This document shows positions 63,101 through 64,000 of a stretch of 64,000 nucleotides of DNA, in pieces. The first letter of the stretch is position 1; every line of letters starts with the position of its first letter. Both the position numbers and the translations under genes were made by a program. Source of the DNA: an uncultured delta proteobacterium (lineage in GTDB: Bacteria > Myxococcota_A > Polyangia > Polyangiales > Polyangiaceae); NCBI GenBank assembly GCA_963806225.1, contig CAWDXG010000004.1, positions 640,001 to 704,000 on the forward strand. Direction: 5' to 3'. The notes below the pieces were generated by a model that saw only the letters and a program-made list of their open reading frames with translations, did not search any database and had not been told where the DNA came from.

Positions 63101-63989
63101 GATCGACGATGGACGGATAGCCGCAGCTGCCGACGAGCTGCGTGCCGTTGGAATCCCCGAGCGGAAACGTGTCGTAGTCCACCGCAGGCTGCCCGAGCCC
63201 TTCCTCGAGGTTCGCCTTGTCAAGGTTGCGCAAAAGGCCGTCCTGCCCGCCGGAGCCCACTGTCGACGTGGCACCGGCCAGCACGAAGCGCAGCTCGCCC
63301 CAGTGGATCTCGTTGGCGTTGGCGCCACCCGCCGCGGGGATCTTCGTGTGGCCGCGCCGGCCCTTGCGCCAGTCGTTCCGCTGCTCGTAGCGCTCGCCCG
63401 TGTCCGTGTACGGCGGATTCTGCGCGTACGTGATGTGATCGTGCGTGTTGATCAGGCCCGGAGAGACGACACCGTCGGGACAGCTGATGCGCGTGGCGCC
63501 CGCCGCACTCTGGTCGCAGTTGCAGCCCACGCACGCGATGGTCCCCTGGGCGTCGACGAGCACCTGACCACCGCGGTAGATGGTGCCCGGCGTCAGCACG
63601 TCGCCCACGATGAGCTGACCGGTGCCAGTGCCCGCGGTGACCTCGCAGGTCCCCTGCGCGAGCGGCGGCAACGTGGCGCAGGTCACCACGTTGGCACCAC
63701 CGCCCCCTCCATCCGTGCCCGCGCCTCCATCCGTGCCCGCGCCTCCGTCCGTGCCCGCGCCTCCGTCCGTGCCCGCGCCTCCGTCCGCGCCCGCGGAGCC
63801 GCCGCCGCCGTCGAGGCCGGCCGAGCCCCCGCCGCCGTCGAGGCCGGCCGAGCCCCCGCCGCCGTCGATGCCGGCAGCCCCGGCCGAGCCCGAGCTGCCA
63901 GCGGCGCCGCCCGCGCCGCCGCCGCCGCCGGACGAGCCGCAGGCGACCGCCAACGCGAGCACCCACAATGAAACAAACGTCAGCATCAC
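60195..63989 (-). CDS. large surface lipoprotein: amidohydrolase + thrombospondin-3 repeats + OB-fold-like region + lamin-tail domain; 5' end may extend beyond window
   Basis: LAVAC lipobox; PGLINTHDH, PHVSEG, IHAV, ALGTDW; DSDGDGIPDATDDCP/DNCP repeats; VVINEVDYDQPGTDLGEFVELYN. Confidence 0.85.
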   Translation of the reverse strand: MMLTFVSLWVLALAVACGSSGGGGGAGGAAGSSGSAGAAGIDGGGGSAGLDGGGGSAGLDGGGGSAGADGGAGTDGGAGTDGGAGTDGGAGTDGGGGGANVVTCATLPPLAQGTCEVTAGTGTGQLIVGDVLTPGTIYRGGQVLVDAQGTIACVGCNCDQSAAGATRISCPDGVVSPGLINTHDHITYAQNPPYTDTGERYEQRNDWRKGRRGHTKIPAAGGANANEIHWGELRFVLAGATSTVGSGGQDGLLRNLDKANLEEGLGQPAVDYDTFPLGDSNGTQLVGSCGYPSIVDPASLSGDDSYVPHVSEGIDAVAENEFQCLSSSANGGQDIIISKTALIHAVGLTPPDYAAMAAAGTSLIWSPRSNITLYGDTAIVTEASRLGVRIALGTDWMPTGSMNLLRELSCADFMNSKRFNHFFSDEQLWRMVTSDAAGVAAVDDVIGVLAQGKVADISIFDGSQNKDFRAVIDGEPKDVALVMRGGKVLYGDANVVSGLASGSCDALDVCGVQKQVCLQSDIGESLSALETAVGSSIYPAFFCGAPKNEPSCVPMRPTSVNGSSVYDGTTSATDSDGDGIPDATDDCPAVFNPIRPLDGGKQADFDGDGTGDACDPCPLDPNTATCTTYDPNDRDNDTIPNASDNCPTVPNKNQADADKDGKGDACDPCPNASNSGAAACPATIYDIKNGTLSPGTAVALSNALVTARFDSGFFLQVKPGDPDYNGSDYSGVFVYAPGNTVKAGDRVDVTTATIADYYGQIQLGGATVNVVSSLGEALPAPVVATAADVATGGARASQLESVLVEVDSVAVTDVAPAPGPGDAAPTNEFAVTSSLRVNDLLYLVTPFPVVGTQYVSISGVLDYRNNNSKLEPRGPADFVVGAPVLIGFGPTPTFTDVGQANTPTIPTPLTVNLSATPANDTFVTVVSSDTNALTVTGNGVNVKAGQLSAPVLVSGLAKSADVTLTATLGTTNMTAHVRVIGASEQPQVVSLSPASPILQPGATQAFTATLDIPAPVGGSLVALAVNPTDSGTLPASVTVPANTLSATFDYTDASVETNATITATLGASSAQASILVQAGSPKVVINEVDYDQPGTDLGEFVELYNAGSVPVSLSGFTLYFVNGSNSTVYRSVDLGPAGSLGAGQYLVVGASSVVSTVPSGALVIDAGAVTDSIQNGAPDGIALVDSNASALVDALSYEGAMTAVPVPGVGTASLVEGTVLATSTADNNSSVASLCRMPNGSDTDDANTDWSVCTHVTPGDENQL
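63706..63876 (-). repeat. tandem linker repeats: 18 bp x5 (GAGTDG) and 27 bp x3 (GLDGGGGSA)
   Basis: CCTCC(A/G)TCCG(T/C)GCCCGCG units at 63706-63795, then about three 27-bp units. Confidence 0.85.
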
Positions 63990-64000
63990 CCGCCGAGCCA

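Overview
High-GC bacterial DNA, most consistent with Myxococcota (Polyangiales-like). This is inferred from a TIGR02266-type PilZ protein, a DUF222-HNH gene, many Cys-rich and 'DAG'-linker lipoproteins and a Hanks-type kinase. Left part (minus strand): 2-oxoacid dehydrogenase E1alpha/E1beta/E2, lipA, mtnA, gatB and a partial complex I operon (nuoA-B-C-D-G-H-I). That operon lacks nuoEF and nuoJ-N, its nuoG is frameshifted, and its NuoH carries a large membrane insertion. Next come sad, mutY-mutT and a lone aceE. The most striking region is a divergently transcribed respiratory island at 25.8-35.2 kb. Leftward it encodes Rieske, an atypical cytochrome b (heme bH His replaced by Gln; PEWY replaced by PPWY), a 9-heme cytochrome c and a membrane-anchored 34-heme cytochrome c. 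Rightward, from a consensus sigma-54 promoter, it encodes a lipoprotein, a tetraheme cytochrome c, a Tat Fe-S protein, a 76-aa protein and NrfD. Further right are a Ser/Thr kinase-macrodomain fusion and a variant anaerobic purine-degradation cluster (short YgfK lacking its NAD(P)H module, Leu/Phe/Val dehydrogenase, carbamate kinase, YgeW, YgeY). These are followed by a decayed accessory region (lpd remnant, HNH gene, nonsense-interrupted Kazal lipoprotein), udk and a large surface amidohydrolase. No rRNA, tRNA or CRISPR array was seen. All family calls come from motif recognition by eye, not database searches.
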